Shown piece after piece: positions 1 to 12,370 of a stretch of DNA of 64,000 nt (position 1 is the first letter of the stretch; each line of letters begins with the position of its first letter). The stretch lies in NCBI GenBank assembly GCA_951406725.2, contig OX597828.1, positions 16,368,001-16,432,000 of the forward strand, given 5' to 3'. The notes below the pieces were generated by a model that saw only the letters and a list, made by a program, of their open reading frames with translations, did no database searches and was not told the DNA's origin. The DNA is from Octopus vulgaris. Its lineage: Eukaryota. A program made the translations under genes and the position numbers.

Positions 1-1055
1 ATATCAATTTGTCTACCTTTTTGCTTGCTTCTGTTTCTCTCTGTGTGTACATCGACATTTGTGTTTACGATATGTGGATGAGATATCTTAGCAATTAATT
101 AAGTGTAATTAAATCTTGAAATATTTCAATAAGAAGAATTTAGGAACCATCACGTCAGGAGATTTTTGAGCTAATTCACAAATATCTTGATATTCAATCC
201 ATCAGTCGTTTAATTACTAGTCTAATCAAACAGTTGTGATACTCGCAAAATGAAATCGGGCCCCTTCTCGCTAAGATAATATATACAGCAGTTTTAAGCA
301 ATGTTAGAAGAACAAGCCAGACAGCAGCTTTTAGTATCTTGACATAAAGAGCATAACTGCATGTGCCGTCGTGGAAAAAAAGCTCCAGTTCCGCTGCAGC
401 TGTAAATTTTGACATAAAGACACAATTGAGATTGTTGCTATCTGCATGGTAGAACATACAGTTATGTTCTTTGGTGTGCCATTCGACATAAAATGTTGCG
501 TCTTCTTACCCAAACTACAGTATCCAAATTAAACTGGACACAATGAGAACATGTTTAATAAGAAGAACAACCGTCATACATACTCATTCAAATATAACGA
601 AAGAATGAACAATACTAGAATTGAGCTAGATGATAACAATCTCCATATCGTCTTTGAATGTATCTTGTGGGATAGTGACATAAATTTAAACCCTTTCAGA
701 ATATGTGGTAACAACATTTGACTGATATTACGATTGGAATGAATACGTCCTTGCGTACGGCCATGTTCTCAGATATGTCTGGGGATACTGATATAACGTT
801 CGACAACTATTCGAGGATTTTTGTCTGGTCAGACTAACTGTTGCCTGCTAAAGTGAGATGTATCACATTGGCTAAACAACATGTCAAGCTGTTCGTGGGT
901 CTCTTCTAAACTCTGTCCACTATATTTGCTAAACTGGAATCTGATAATGAAGTCAATATTCATGCTAAGCAAGCCACATACCTTCTGCCTTGCAATAATG
1001 GAATCGATTAACCTTTGTGGAATGACATGGAACTATATAAATTTGATTGGCAAAT

Positions 1056-1071
1056 ACACACACACACACAC

Positions 1072-1114
<43 letters not shown>

Positions 1115-1133
1115 TAGAGAGAGAGGGAGAGAG

Positions 1134-1193
<60 letters not shown>

Positions 1194-1340
1194 ACATCCG
1201 CAAGCGCGCACACACCTATGTATATGTATGTATGTATATATGTACATATATATATATATATATATAAGTATGTATGTATGTATGTATGTATGTATGTATG
1301 TATGTATGTATGTATGTATGCATGTATGTGTGTGAGTGTG
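1056..1340. repeat. Compound microsatellite (CA)n(TA)n(GA)n(TATG)n; representative of dozens of such tracts across the window
   Basis: Directly visible; explains the YIYI/HTHT/CVCV ORFs. Confidence 0.98.
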
Positions 1341-1944
1341 TGTATGTTTGTGTTTTGGGGAGTGTGCGCTTAAATATATACTTGTGGTGTATTCCTGTAA
1401 AGCAATCTATACCTACCTACTTACCTACCTAAACAACTGTGTATGTATGTATGTATATATCTATCTGTCTTTGCAGGCAAAATCATATACAGATCCATAT
1501 CTATGAAACCACAATATAAATAGTTCTAAATGAGGGAAGCTGAAAGCTCATATATACCAAACTCAGAGCAGTAAAATTTTAAGACCCCGTACCATAGACG
1601 AAACGAATCGGAAGTGAAAATCAGACATACCCATATCACAGTGATTTTGAACTTCGCGAATGATTGCTCTGTTCTCGTTAGTGAGTAATACTTTGTTCTC
1701 GTCTGTGAGTAATACTGACCCGGGGCCAAAACTATGCCCACTTCGTCCATGTGCTTGATAATAATTTTTAATGCAGCATTAAAAATGATGAGGCGCCCTA
1801 ATATTTCTCTTATTTGGGGTAATTGCTAATTGCTAACTATGAAATAACATTTTTAAGACTAAATATCCTATCGAAAGTCATTAGCTTTTTAATTAAATTA
1901 GAACTAACCTACAGGCAATCATCCTATTCTTTCTTTTCCCTTCC

Positions 1945-2008
<64 letters not shown>

Positions 2009-2027
2009 ATGATATGTAAAAAAAATA

Positions 2028-2137
2028 CAAACTGTGACAAGAACGCATAACACTTAGAAGACGATACAACAAACACAGACAGGACATTCGAAGCCCTCAG
2101 TCTTCAGTCAAGAACCGGATCATCGTAGTAATTTCGG

Positions 2138-2141
<4 letters not shown>
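2028..2141 (-). mobile_element. Terminal fragment of a putative Penelope-like (PLE) repeat, abutting (TA)n
   Basis: Reverse complement resembles 53905-54065; carries GAAA...CTGAAGA boxes; PLE assignment is inference. Confidence 0.5.
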
Positions 2142-2211
<70 letters not shown>

Positions 2212-2274
2212 CATATATATATATACACATACATACATACATACATACATACATACATACATACATACATACAT

Positions 2275-2346
<72 letters not shown>

Positions 2347-2558
2347 ATATATATATTTATATTCATACACACACACACACAGACACACACATATATATGT
2401 ATAATAAGGGTAGAAATTGATATTAATCAATTAAAACCAGTGGCTTAACATATTAAAAATAATTCGACGATTAAAAATTGTGTTACATACAAAATTAAGA
2501 GGAATGACCACTAAAGTGGACAGCCTATATGCTAAACATAGACGTCAAATTATAGACG

Positions 2559-2595
<37 letters not shown>

Positions 2596-2615
2596 TATTT
2601 TTATTTTATAGAAGG

Positions 2616-2666
2616 AGCTTCTACAGGACTAGAACTGTTTCATTCAGATGAAATCTTCAGGAAGCT
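2616..2666 (-). ncRNA. Type I hammerhead ribozyme motif within a PLE-like fragment (about 2490-2810)
   Basis: Minus strand AGCUUC-CUGAAGA-U-UUC(AUCU)GAA-U-GAAA-CAG(UUCUAGUC)CUG-U-A-GAAGCU: 6-bp stem I, intact core boxes, 4-bp stem III, GUA cleavage triplet. Confidence 0.75.
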
Positions 2667-2812
2667 GGCTGTCAAAATAAGTTCTGGTATTTATGCATTT
2701 AGGCAGATCTAATGGAGTGGTGGTGGGGGAAGTTTATGGGGTAGGTTGGTATTTAGGATATGAACAGGGCACAAGCTATTGTTCTTAGGGGAGTGGTTAA
2801 AAGTGTTTTATG

Positions 2813-2859
<47 letters not shown>

Positions 2860-2899
2860 GAAAATATTGAAAAGTGTTTATTAAAAAAATTCTTTTTTC

Positions 2900-3140
2900 C
2901 AGATGAACAAAAACTAAGAAATCACAAAATTCCTATCATAGTGCGCGCATTAGGTATTATAAAAGAATATTCAGACAAATACATAAAAACACTAGGACTA
3001 GCAAGTATGTATAACATACAGAAAATTGCACACATCCTACATAAAACACTTTCAACACTGAAAAAATAAGAGTATCACAACAAACCATGGCACATACAAT
3101 GCACTCATAGCTGCGCTCGGTAGCGCAGTGAAAGCACGTG
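2900..3140 (+). mobile_element. 3' end of R4/Dong-clade LINE (endonuclease C-terminus plus 3' UTR)
   Basis: IPIIVRALGIIKEYSDKYIK...YNIQKIA and UTR match the copy at 9895-10125. Confidence 0.85.
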
Positions 3141-4710
3141 ATTACACATTCGTGGATCATCGAGTGCTTAGATCTATTTGGAATTGCGAGGAATGTAAAG
3201 TGTTTGCTGAAGAGAAGTATGGTGGGATGGAGAAATGATATCTTACGAAAAAAGCTTGGGCACCCGTGTATCAGAAAAGGGATTTTCCAGGTTGATAGCC
3301 TATCTCCGTTGCTTTTCGATCTCTGCATGATATCCCTGACTTTGGTACTCATGAAAATGAACACGGGGTACCAACTAAAGGAAGAATCCCAGACAATCAA
3401 CCACCTCCTCTTCATGGATGATTTGAAACTGTATAGGAGAGATGAGACACAAGCGAGTTCCTAGGTAAACACAGCCCACTGTTTTAGTACTGACAGAATG
3501 AAATTTGGATTCAAGAAGTGCTGAATAATCTACCTAAAAAGGGGCAAGTTAGAGTCCCTCGCAGGGATAGAGTTACCAAATAGAGACTTGATTAAGCAAA
3601 TTGAAACGGAAGGATACAAATACCCTACTGTACTAGAGGTGAACGAGATAATGGAAAAGGAAATGAGAGAGCAACCGAGATTGGTGCTGCGCTCAAAACT
3701 GACTGGATGGAATAAGATCCATCACTTCGGTATGATGCGGGAATTATAAAATGGCAAAAGAGGGAAATGAAAATCGATACTAAGACCAGAAAAATATTGA
3801 CAGTACACGGAGCCTTCCACCCTAAGAGTGACACCGATAGACTGTACTTGTTAAGAGGGAAAGGTGGGAGAGGCTTGATCAGTTTCCAGTGCTGTATTGA
3901 AGCAGAAGAAAACAGCGTAGAGTGGTATATAAGAAATGCCGTGAAGCCGCAACTGAAACACACAAAGAAGGCTGGCGCCATCAGAACTGAAAATTTTGAA
4001 AAAAAAAAAAAAATTTAAACAATAAATGAACAAAAAAGAAAAAAACATGGAAGGAAAAGATAATGTATTGTCAGTTTGCAAGAGATATGAACGCCAAGAC
4101 AGATACAGAGAACAAGGAGCTATGAATGAGGAATGACTTGAAGATAGAAAGAGATGCACTCATATGCGCAGCTCAGGAACAAGTGTTAAGGACCAATTAT
4201 ATGAAGTGCAGAAGAGACAACGTTATCGATAGCGACAAATAGAGAATGTGTGATGAGAGAGGTGAAACGGTATGGCACATCGTGAGCGAATGCCTGAAAT
4301 TGGCACAACGCGAATACAAATGACGCCATGACAATGTGGCTAGAATGATCACGGTCAACAAAGAGCAAAGACGTGGTAACCAGCAAACCACAGAAGGAGT
4401 CACCGAAAATAAGAATTGCAAAATCCCATGGGATGCAATGACCTAGTGCGATCACCTAACCAGACATCGGAAACCGGATATTGTTGTGAATAGAAAAGAA
4501 AGATGTATGATTATGGACATGCCCCGGTGACAAAAGGATCAATGTAAAAGAAGAAAAGAAAAGCAACTGTGACGATTTAAATTGGGAAATCCGAAGGTTG
4601 TGGTTAATGAAGAGAGTAGAAGTGACACCGATAGTAATTGGTACACTTGGAAGTATCAGCACTCAACTACCAACATGGCTGAAAAAGATTGGTGCAAGTG
4701 TGAACACCTA
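3138..4710 (+). pseudogene. Degraded R4/Dong-clade non-LTR retrotransposon ORF (RT, zinc-knuckle region, restriction-like endonuclease)
   Basis: GIFQVDSLSPLLF, INHLLFMDDLKLY, DRLYLLRGKGGRGL, AAQEQ, HIVSEC..RHDNV, RKPDIVV motifs; several stops and frameshifts. Confidence 0.92.
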
Positions 4711-5305
4711 CAAACATTTTTGAAAAATTTTTTGAAAATTTTCCCAAAAATTTTTCAAAATATTCCTCAAAAATTTTCGAAAATTTTCCCCCAAATTTTT
4801 GAAAATTTTCCTCAAAAATTTTTGAAAAATTTGAAAATTTTCCTCAAAAATTTTTGAAAATTTTTCCCAAAAGTTTTTGAAAAATTTTTTGAAAATTTTC
4901 CTCAATAATTTTTGAAAATTTTCCCCAATAATTTTTTTAAAATTTTTTGAAAATTTTCCTCAAAAACTTTTGATAATTTTCCCCAAAAATCTTTGAAAAA
5001 TTTTTTGAAAATTTTCCTTAAAAATTTTCAAAAAAGGTTTCTAAAAAATTTTTGAAAATTTTCCCCAAAATTTTCCCCCAAAATTTTTTTAAAATTTTCC
5101 CCAAAAATTTTTGAAAATTTTCCTCAAAAATTTTTGAAAATTTTTCCCAAAAGTTTTTTAAAAATTTTTTAAAAATTTTCCCCAAAAATTTTTGAAAAGT
5201 TTCTCAAAGATTTTCGAAAAATTTTTGACAAATTTTTTGAAAAAAAATCCCCAAAAATTTTATAAAAAATTTTTGAAAATTTTCGAAAATTTTTGAGGAA
5301 AATTT
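4711..5305. repeat. A/T-tract minisatellite, unit about 22-24 bp (CCCCAAAAATTTTTGAAAATTTT-like)
   Basis: Directly visible; lies between the LINE ORF end and a LINE 3' UTR-like segment (5320-5420). Confidence 0.9.
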
Positions 5306-5488
5306 GTGAATTTGCGTGTGTAATCTGGGAATGCATACAATGAGCTTCTCTGCTCTAGATGTACGGAAAACACCCGGCGAGAAATGGAAGAAAATTTGAA
5401 GAAAAAAGGGAAAAAATAATAATAATAACAATCCTCGTTACTAAGGCAGCTGAAATAACGGTATAATGAAAAGAAATCCGAAATAATA

Positions 5489-5551
<63 letters not shown>

Positions 5552-5644
5552 TCACACGTATTGAGAAGAGCATTGTCGATGTGAGAACTGTTGCTGCTCA
5601 TGTATTTTAATTTAACTTAAAAAAAAAAAAATTAAAAAATTAAA

Positions 5645-5770
5645 AAAATGAACGAACTACTGAGTTTGGTTTAATGGCCTACCAATGTATACTATGAGTT
5701 TCTTTGCCCTAGGAGTCGGGAAGACACTCGGCAAGAAATGGAAGCAAATTTGAAAGAAGAAAAAAAAAGT
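5645..5770 (+). mobile_element. Short (about 125 bp) LINE 3'-UTR-like element followed by (AAT)n
   Basis: Near-identical to reverse complement of 17475-17600; similar to 5330-5420. Confidence 0.75.
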
Positions 5771-5789
5771 AATAATAATAATAATAATA

Positions 5790-6130
5790 ATCGCTATAGG
5801 AACAAGGTCTGAAATTTAGGAAGCGGAGTGTAGTTGACTCCAGTTACTGGTATTTATTTTATCAACTCTAAAAAAGTATGAAAGGCAAAGCCGACCTCAG
5901 TAGAATTTGAATAATGGTTCCAAACTTTGGTACAAGACCAAAAAATTTTAGGGGAGGTGTGAAGTCGATTACATCGATCCCAGTGTTTAACTGGTACTTA
6001 TTTTATCGACCCCGAAAAGATGAAAGGTAAAGTGGACTTCGTCAGAATTTGAACTCAAAACGTAAGGACGGACGAAATACCACTAAGCATTTTGCCCAGC
6101 GTGCTAACGATTCTGCCAGCTCGACGTCTT
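5790..6130 (-). mobile_element. SINE family B (MetaSINE/MESC-like), two degenerate tandem parts
   Basis: Reverse complement contains gagttcaaattc B-box and gactttacctttcatcttttcggggtcgataaa core. Confidence 0.8.
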
Positions 6131-6646
6131 GAAGTGAAACGTCAAATGGCAGGTTGCTGGAGAGAAAGAGAGAGAGAGAGTAAAGTTTCAATGATTTTAG
6201 ACGGTCCCAAATAATGAACATCAGCCATGACTTTTGTTATTTTAGAGATTGGTCTCTGGGGTGACTCAAATCGCGTAATATTTTGTTTGTGATTGGGAGA
6301 ACAAAGAGAGAAATTAACATATTTAATAAACTGTTATGAATACTATACCAGAAGAAATTTCTCTTATTAATGAAATATTTTGTGCTAATTATAATAAAAT
6401 TGCTCTGGTGACCCATGACAGTATCCCTTGAAGGCGGTGCCTCATAATGGCCGCATTCCAGTAATTGAAGACAGCAAGCAAATATACATTCCTACCTACC
6501 TCCTACCTACCTACCTACCTACCTACCTGCCTACCTACCTACCTACCTACCTACCTACCTACCAACCTACCGACAGACCTATCTACCTCCCTATATACAG
6601 ACGTACATGCAAATATATACTCGTCATTCATACATGTATATACACG

Positions 6647-6756
<110 letters not shown>

Positions 6757-6885
6757 TATGTATATATATGTATATATATATATATACATATATACGTATA
6801 TATATACTATTTACATATATATATATATGTATAATATATAATATATACATATATACATACATATATAATATATACATATATATAC

Positions 6886-6925
<40 letters not shown>

Positions 6926-6940
6926 TGTAAAATATACATA

Positions 6941-7322
6941 TCTCTATATATAAACGGCAGTTTGTCTGTGCGTTTTCTGTGTGTCTGTTTTCTCGTACCC
7001 TCACTCTGACCACGGCTTTCAACCGATTCTGATGAAACTTGACACACACATAGCCCAATGTCATAATTCAAAACTAACGCAGCGAAAATTTTGAAAAGTT
7101 CCCCAAGTTCTGAAAAAAATCGATAAATTCGACATGGGGTCGAGAATCAGAAACCCAAACCACAGACCGTCTAGGGGACGCAGCTCCACCTTTTCTAACT
7201 CTCAAAAAAAATTTACCATCATTTTTTTACCATTTTTTTGCTATTTTTTGGCTATAACTCTCTAAAAATGCTTTATAGTTATTTCCCTTACAAACCTGAG
7301 CAACGCCGGGCGATACTGCTAG
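6941..7322 (+). mobile_element. Non-autonomous Helitron
   Basis: 5' TC start after A, subterminal hairpin cctgagcaacgccggg (7295-7310), 3' CTAG followed by T, no TSD. Confidence 0.85.
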
Positions 7323-7684
7323 TATACATATACAGAGAGACAGTGAGGGGGAGAGATAGATAGAAAGAGAAAGAGAGATGAAGGCGTGAGAAGAATTTAT
7401 AGATAGACAGACCGACAGACAGACCGTTAGATATAGAAATAGTCACAAGAGATGCAGAGAAGCAAAGTGGTGAAGAGAGCCGAGTAGGTAGAATTAAAAA
7501 TATGTCGTCCATTAAGTGGTGGCAATGTAAATTGCTACAATTGTTAATTGTGCTAAACTAACATCTGTAAGCTGTTTAATTGGATGTGAAGTTCGTCCTT
7601 CCACTCGCTCTTTCTACATTTAATGACTCATCATTTCAGTTAAGGCTGGGAACTTCTACATTCTAATATAACTACCTTGTTAGA

Positions 7685-8570
7685 ATTGTTGTTGCCGTTG
7701 TTGGCGTTGCTGTTGTAGTTGTTGGTGGTGGCGTTGGTGATGTTATTGTTGGTGGTGATGTTGGCGATGTTGCTGGTGGTGGCGTTGGTGATTTTATTGT
7801 TGGTGATGCTGTTGTTGGTGGTGGCGTTGGTAATGGTATTGTTGGCGATGTTGTTGGTGGTGGCGTTGGTGATGTTATTGTTGGTGGTGGCGTTGGTGAT
7901 GTTGTTGTTGGTGGTGGCGTTGGTGATGTCATTGTTGGTGGTGGCGTTGGTGATATTGTTGTTGGTGGTGATGTTAGCGATGTTGTTGTTGGTGGTGGCG
8001 TTGGTGATGTTATTGTTGGTGATGTTATTGTTGGTGATGCTGTTGTTGGTGATGTTATTGTTGGTGGTGGCGTTGGCGATGTTGTTGATGGTGATGCTGG
8101 TTGTGGTAGCAGTATTGCTGTATCTCTAATCGTAGTTATTGTTGTTGGTGCCCTTGGTTGTGGTGGCAGTGTCGTCGTAGTTGGGGTGGTAGTTTCACTC
8201 TTATTATTGCTGTTGGTGTCATTCTTGCTAACGTTAATTGTGGTAGCAATGTTGTAGTTATTAATGTTGTTGCTAATGATGCGAGTTGCGGTGTTAGTGT
8301 TGTAGGCATTTTTGCTGGTAATGAAGGTAATATTGTTAGTGGTGTGCTGATAGTGTTATAGTTGTTGCTGGTATAGGTGATGCTGGTTGCGGATGTAGTA
8401 CTGTAGTCATTATAGCTGTAGTTGTTGTTGTTGTTTGTAGTGGTGGTAGTGATTTTGGTGATGGTGACAGTGTTATGATTATTGTTGTTCATGATATTGG
8501 CATTGTTGCAGCTATTGTTTGTGTTAGTGTTGTAGTAGTAGTTTCCGGTCGTATTGGTGTTGTTAATGAC
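7685..8570. repeat. GGT/GTT/GAT trinucleotide-derived minisatellite (units about 21-24 bp, ggtggtggcgttggtgatgttgtt)
   Basis: Directly visible; minus strand reads TSPTPPPT repeats. Confidence 0.9.
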
Positions 8571-8574
8571 ATTG

Positions 8575-8797
8575 GTAGAAACTTTAGCACGCCGGGCGAA
8601 ATCCTTAGCGGTATTTCGTCTGCCGCTACGTTCTGAGTTCAAATTCCGCCGAGGTCGACTTTGCCTTTCATCCTTTCGGGGTCGATAAATTAAGTACCAC
8701 TTACGCACTGGGGTCGATGGAATCGACTTAATACATATGTCTGTCCTTGTTTGTCCTCTCTATGTTTAGCCCCTTGTGGGTAATAAAGAAATAGGTA
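8575..8797 (+). mobile_element. SINE family B (MetaSINE-like), 5' truncated
   Basis: gccgaggtcgactttgcctttcatcctttcggggtcgataaattaagtacca core; tail ends aaagaaataggtat. Confidence 0.9.
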
Positions 8798-9109
8798 TAA
8801 TACCAAGGTCACTTGTTGTGGTGGTGTGTTGTGGTTGTTTTAGTGGTGGTGTGGTGGTTGGTACTAGTAGTAGTATTGTAATTGTCATTGCAGGTAACGT
8901 TGTGGGTGTTGTTACTGGTAATAGAATTTGTCCTGTGCATTTGCTCGGAAAGAGGGGATGTAAGAGATGCAACTGGGTTCCTTAAACTTTTGTTGGTGGC
9001 GTTGAAAATATTTTGAATATGATCTTGAAAAACTTCATTGCCACAAAGAGCAAGCTTATATATATATTTTTTTAAAGTGATGTGAGAAATTATCTTTCCA
9101 TCATTAGAT

Positions 9110-9502
9110 TTATCTTGTTTGATTGATAAGAAAACATGCTCTGCTGGATCATAGATATAGCATGCCTAGCTGACAACAAGGTATGTGATAAGGAAGAAAG
9201 AAAAGTTGAGAGATATGGCTGGTTAGCTTGGGGAGTTAAGAAGTTGTGGTCGATGAAAAAGGTAGCAGTAGTACCAATAATTGTCGGAACCCTGCGAACA
9301 GTGAACAAAAATCTCGAGAAGTATGTGAAAGAAATAGGAGCTGCAATAAGGATGGAATACTTGCAGAAAGCAGCACTGCTTGGAACCGCTCGAATACTCC
9401 GTATGGTGCTCGAAAAATAAGAGGTGTTATCTTAGTTAACTGGTAGTGAACAGCTGACACTGTAGTACATCTCCAGCGTTAGAAGCTGTGCTAAGACAAT
9501 AA

Positions 9503-9505
<3 letters not shown>
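9110..9505 (+). mobile_element. R4/Dong LINE 3' fragment (second subfamily) ending in (AAT)n
   Basis: CWIIDIAC..KEERKVERY..VVPIIVGTL..LQKAALLGTARILR. Confidence 0.88.
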
Positions 9506-9537
<32 letters not shown>

Positions 9538-9562
9538 TAATAATAATAATAATAATAATAAT

Positions 9563-10150
9563 GATATGACAGAGTTGGAACTTACATACATTGGAAGCTA
9601 TGCCAACATTATGGAATAACAACAGAAAAAAGATGGTATAGGCACACACCAGAAAAGGTCACAGAAAACGAGAAAGCAACCATACTCTGGGATATGCCGA
9701 TACACACAGATAGAGAAATTAAGGCCAACAGACCAGATATAGTTGTCAGAGACCATGAAGAAAAAAAATGCTTTCTAATTGATGTATCAGTACCGGCAGA
9801 TGACAACGTGTCTCTAAAAGAAATGGAGAAACTCTCAAAATACAAAGACCTGGAAATAGAGGTAACTAGAATGTGGAATCTGAAAACAGAAACAATTCCT
9901 ATCATAGTAGGTGCATTAGGCTTGATAAAAAAATATTCAGACAAATACATAACAAAAACACCAGGACTTACAAACACATATAACATACAGAAAATTGCAC
10001 TACTAGGCACTGCACACATCCTACGCAGAACACTTTCCATACAATAACCATCAGAGCATCACAACAAATCACAGCACATACCCAAGGCACACAGAGCTGC
10101 GCTCGGTAGTGAAGTGAAAGCACGCTATAAAAATAAAAATAAAACTACTG
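9563..10150 (+). mobile_element. R4/Dong LINE 3' fragment with open restriction-like endonuclease domain, flanked by (AAT)n on both sides
   Basis: ILWDMPIHTDREIKANRPDIVV..CFLIDVSVP..KEMEKLSKYKDL..IPIIVGALG..QKIALLGTAHILRR. Confidence 0.93.
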
Positions 10151-10182
10151 AATAATAATAATAATAATAATAGTAATAATAA

Positions 10183-10305
10183 TGTGAGTAAAAAATCTTG
10201 AGAAGTACATGGAACAAATAGGAGCTACAATTGAAGCGGAGCACTTGCAAAAAACAGTACTGCTTGGAACCCCTCGAATACTCCGGAAGGTGCTCGAAAA
10301 ATAAT
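10183..10305 (+). mobile_element. Short R4/Dong fragment after (AAT)n
   Basis: Matches 9300-9420. Confidence 0.8.
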
Positions 10306-10307
10306 GG

Positions 10308-10690
10308 AATTTTATTGAAAGGTGGGTGAAAGTTGCGAAAATGGCAAGAGTGGATGGTACTTCTCTAAGTGTAGACCCTGTGAGTCGGAGAGAAGGAACT
10401 GGAGAAGGCACTTTCTTCTAGGGTTTCAAGGAAATCTAGGACGGTGGGGTTCTTCGATTATCCCTAGAGGCGTTCCTGTATCAGAAGGGCCACATCTCTA
10501 ACATCTCCCCTTTTCTTTTTTTATCTGTTAACCTTTGTATGCTATGCATATGTCTCTTATTTTCCAGTGTATACCGTGTATACTTATTTTTATTATTATT
10601 TCACTATTATATGTAAATCCCCACACTTTATGTCTGTCTCTGATTTCTCCCCCTCATCTTTCACCTTTGTAGCTATCAAATGAAATCATT
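10308..10690 (+). mobile_element. 3' end of another LINE (L1/Tx1-like), ORF tail FIERWVKVAK plus UTR
   Basis: A second copy of the UTR lies on the minus strand at 27115-27400; clade assignment tentative. Confidence 0.55.
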
Positions 10691-10711
10691 ATTATCATTA
10701 TAATTATTATT

Positions 10712-11100
10712 TCACTGTCTTTGCACAGCTTCTAGTGCTGGAGATGCACTACAGAGTCAGCTGTTCACTACCAGTGAACTAAGGTAACACCCCTTATTTT
10801 TCGAGCAACATTCGGAACATTCGAACGGTTCGAAGCAGAGCTGTTTTCTGCAAGTGCTCCACCCTTATTGCAGCCCCAATTTGTTCCATGTACTTCTCAA
10901 GATTTTCACTCAATGTTACCAAAGCTCCGACAGTTATTGGTACTACTATCCCCTTTTTCAGCAATCACAGCTGCTTAACCTCCCAAGCTAACCTGTTATA
11001 TCTATCGACTTTTCTTTCTTCCTTGCCGCATACCTTGTTTTCAGTTGGGCATGCTATATTTATGAGCCAGCATCGTTCGCTTCCTTTCTCAATTAAGACT
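10712..11100 (-). mobile_element. R4/Dong LINE 3' fragment, same subfamily as 9110-9505, in (AAT)n
   Basis: CWLINIACPTENKVCGKEERKVDRYNRLAWEVKQL and shared 3' UTR. Confidence 0.88.
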
Positions 11101-11104
11101 ATTA

Positions 11105-11227
<123 letters not shown>

Positions 11228-12284
11228 GTTTGAATTTTGCTTTGTATTTGTGCAAGTTCACTCCAAGTCTCGCCCAGAGACCTCAAGAGACAACAAGCCA
11301 GAAGTTCAAGCTATGCAGGATCATAGATATAGCATGCCCAGCTGACAACAAGGTGCCTAGGGTGTCATATATTTGGTTTTCTGCCAACGGTATAGACTGG
11401 AAGTATAGTTATTATCTCCCTTTGTAACATCACAGGTTCGCATATATTATATTAGAAAATATACTGTTGAACAAAAATTAGCTCACGTAAAATTATGTCA
11501 ATGACCATAATTATGTTAATGACCATGTGGTACGTAAGCAAGCTACTTACCACACAGCCACTCCTACGCTTAGAAATCACACTAGAAAAATTTAAAATAA
11601 AAACCTAGCAACACATAGCGCATTAATATAGGAAACACAAACATATCACTAATATCAACAATTACCCTCCAGATTACGTATTCTAACTACAACATTCTTA
11701 CAAACACCATCACTGTGGAAGAACTGAGTTTCAAACAATGCAAGTAACAGAATCAGTAACATAACAGCATTGCAAGTAAACTCTCTTTAAATCCGAAACA
11801 ATTTGCAACAAGAGACACATACACACACATACTTCACCAAGTACTTCCTTCAGCCAAGCCAAAAAACGTTTCTCTAGACACCAGCTTGTGATTCCCGCAG
11901 TTCGATACCGTAATCAAACAATTCCCCGAGTATTTTCTCGGTTCACCCAACATGTATCATAACAACACGTTCACACATTATTGAAGAAAGTAAAAACACT
12001 TATAGAAACTTAAAAAATCTCTCAGTGGGACGTGTCCCACAGAGAAAAGAGAACCAAGGTTTACAGAATTCGATAACACCTCAATGGCCGACTTAGACAA
12101 TCGGCAATATAATTATAGAAGCATTAGTATTACATGACCGACAAGACATCATAAAAATGCAGCTCCGATTACCCACTGGAGATATACAACCATAAAAAGT
12201 AGAGAAGACATCAAAGGCAAAACACCAATATCGCACACGTATGAAATAAAATTCAACATCAAACAACTAGAAAGGAAATAACCA

Positions 12285-12368
<84 letters not shown>

Positions 12369-12370
12369 TC

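Noticed and set aside
7672-8355. About 228-codon stop-free minus frame encoding mucin-like TSPTPPPT repeats
   Set aside because: The C/A-rich trinucleotide repeat strand is stop-poor by composition; the opposite strand is also open; no signal peptide or convincing splice sites
8136-8708. 190-aa ORF starting MRKWYLIYRPRKDERQSRPRRNLNSE (also 45207-45431)
   Set aside because: Antisense translation of SINE family B plus low-complexity repeat
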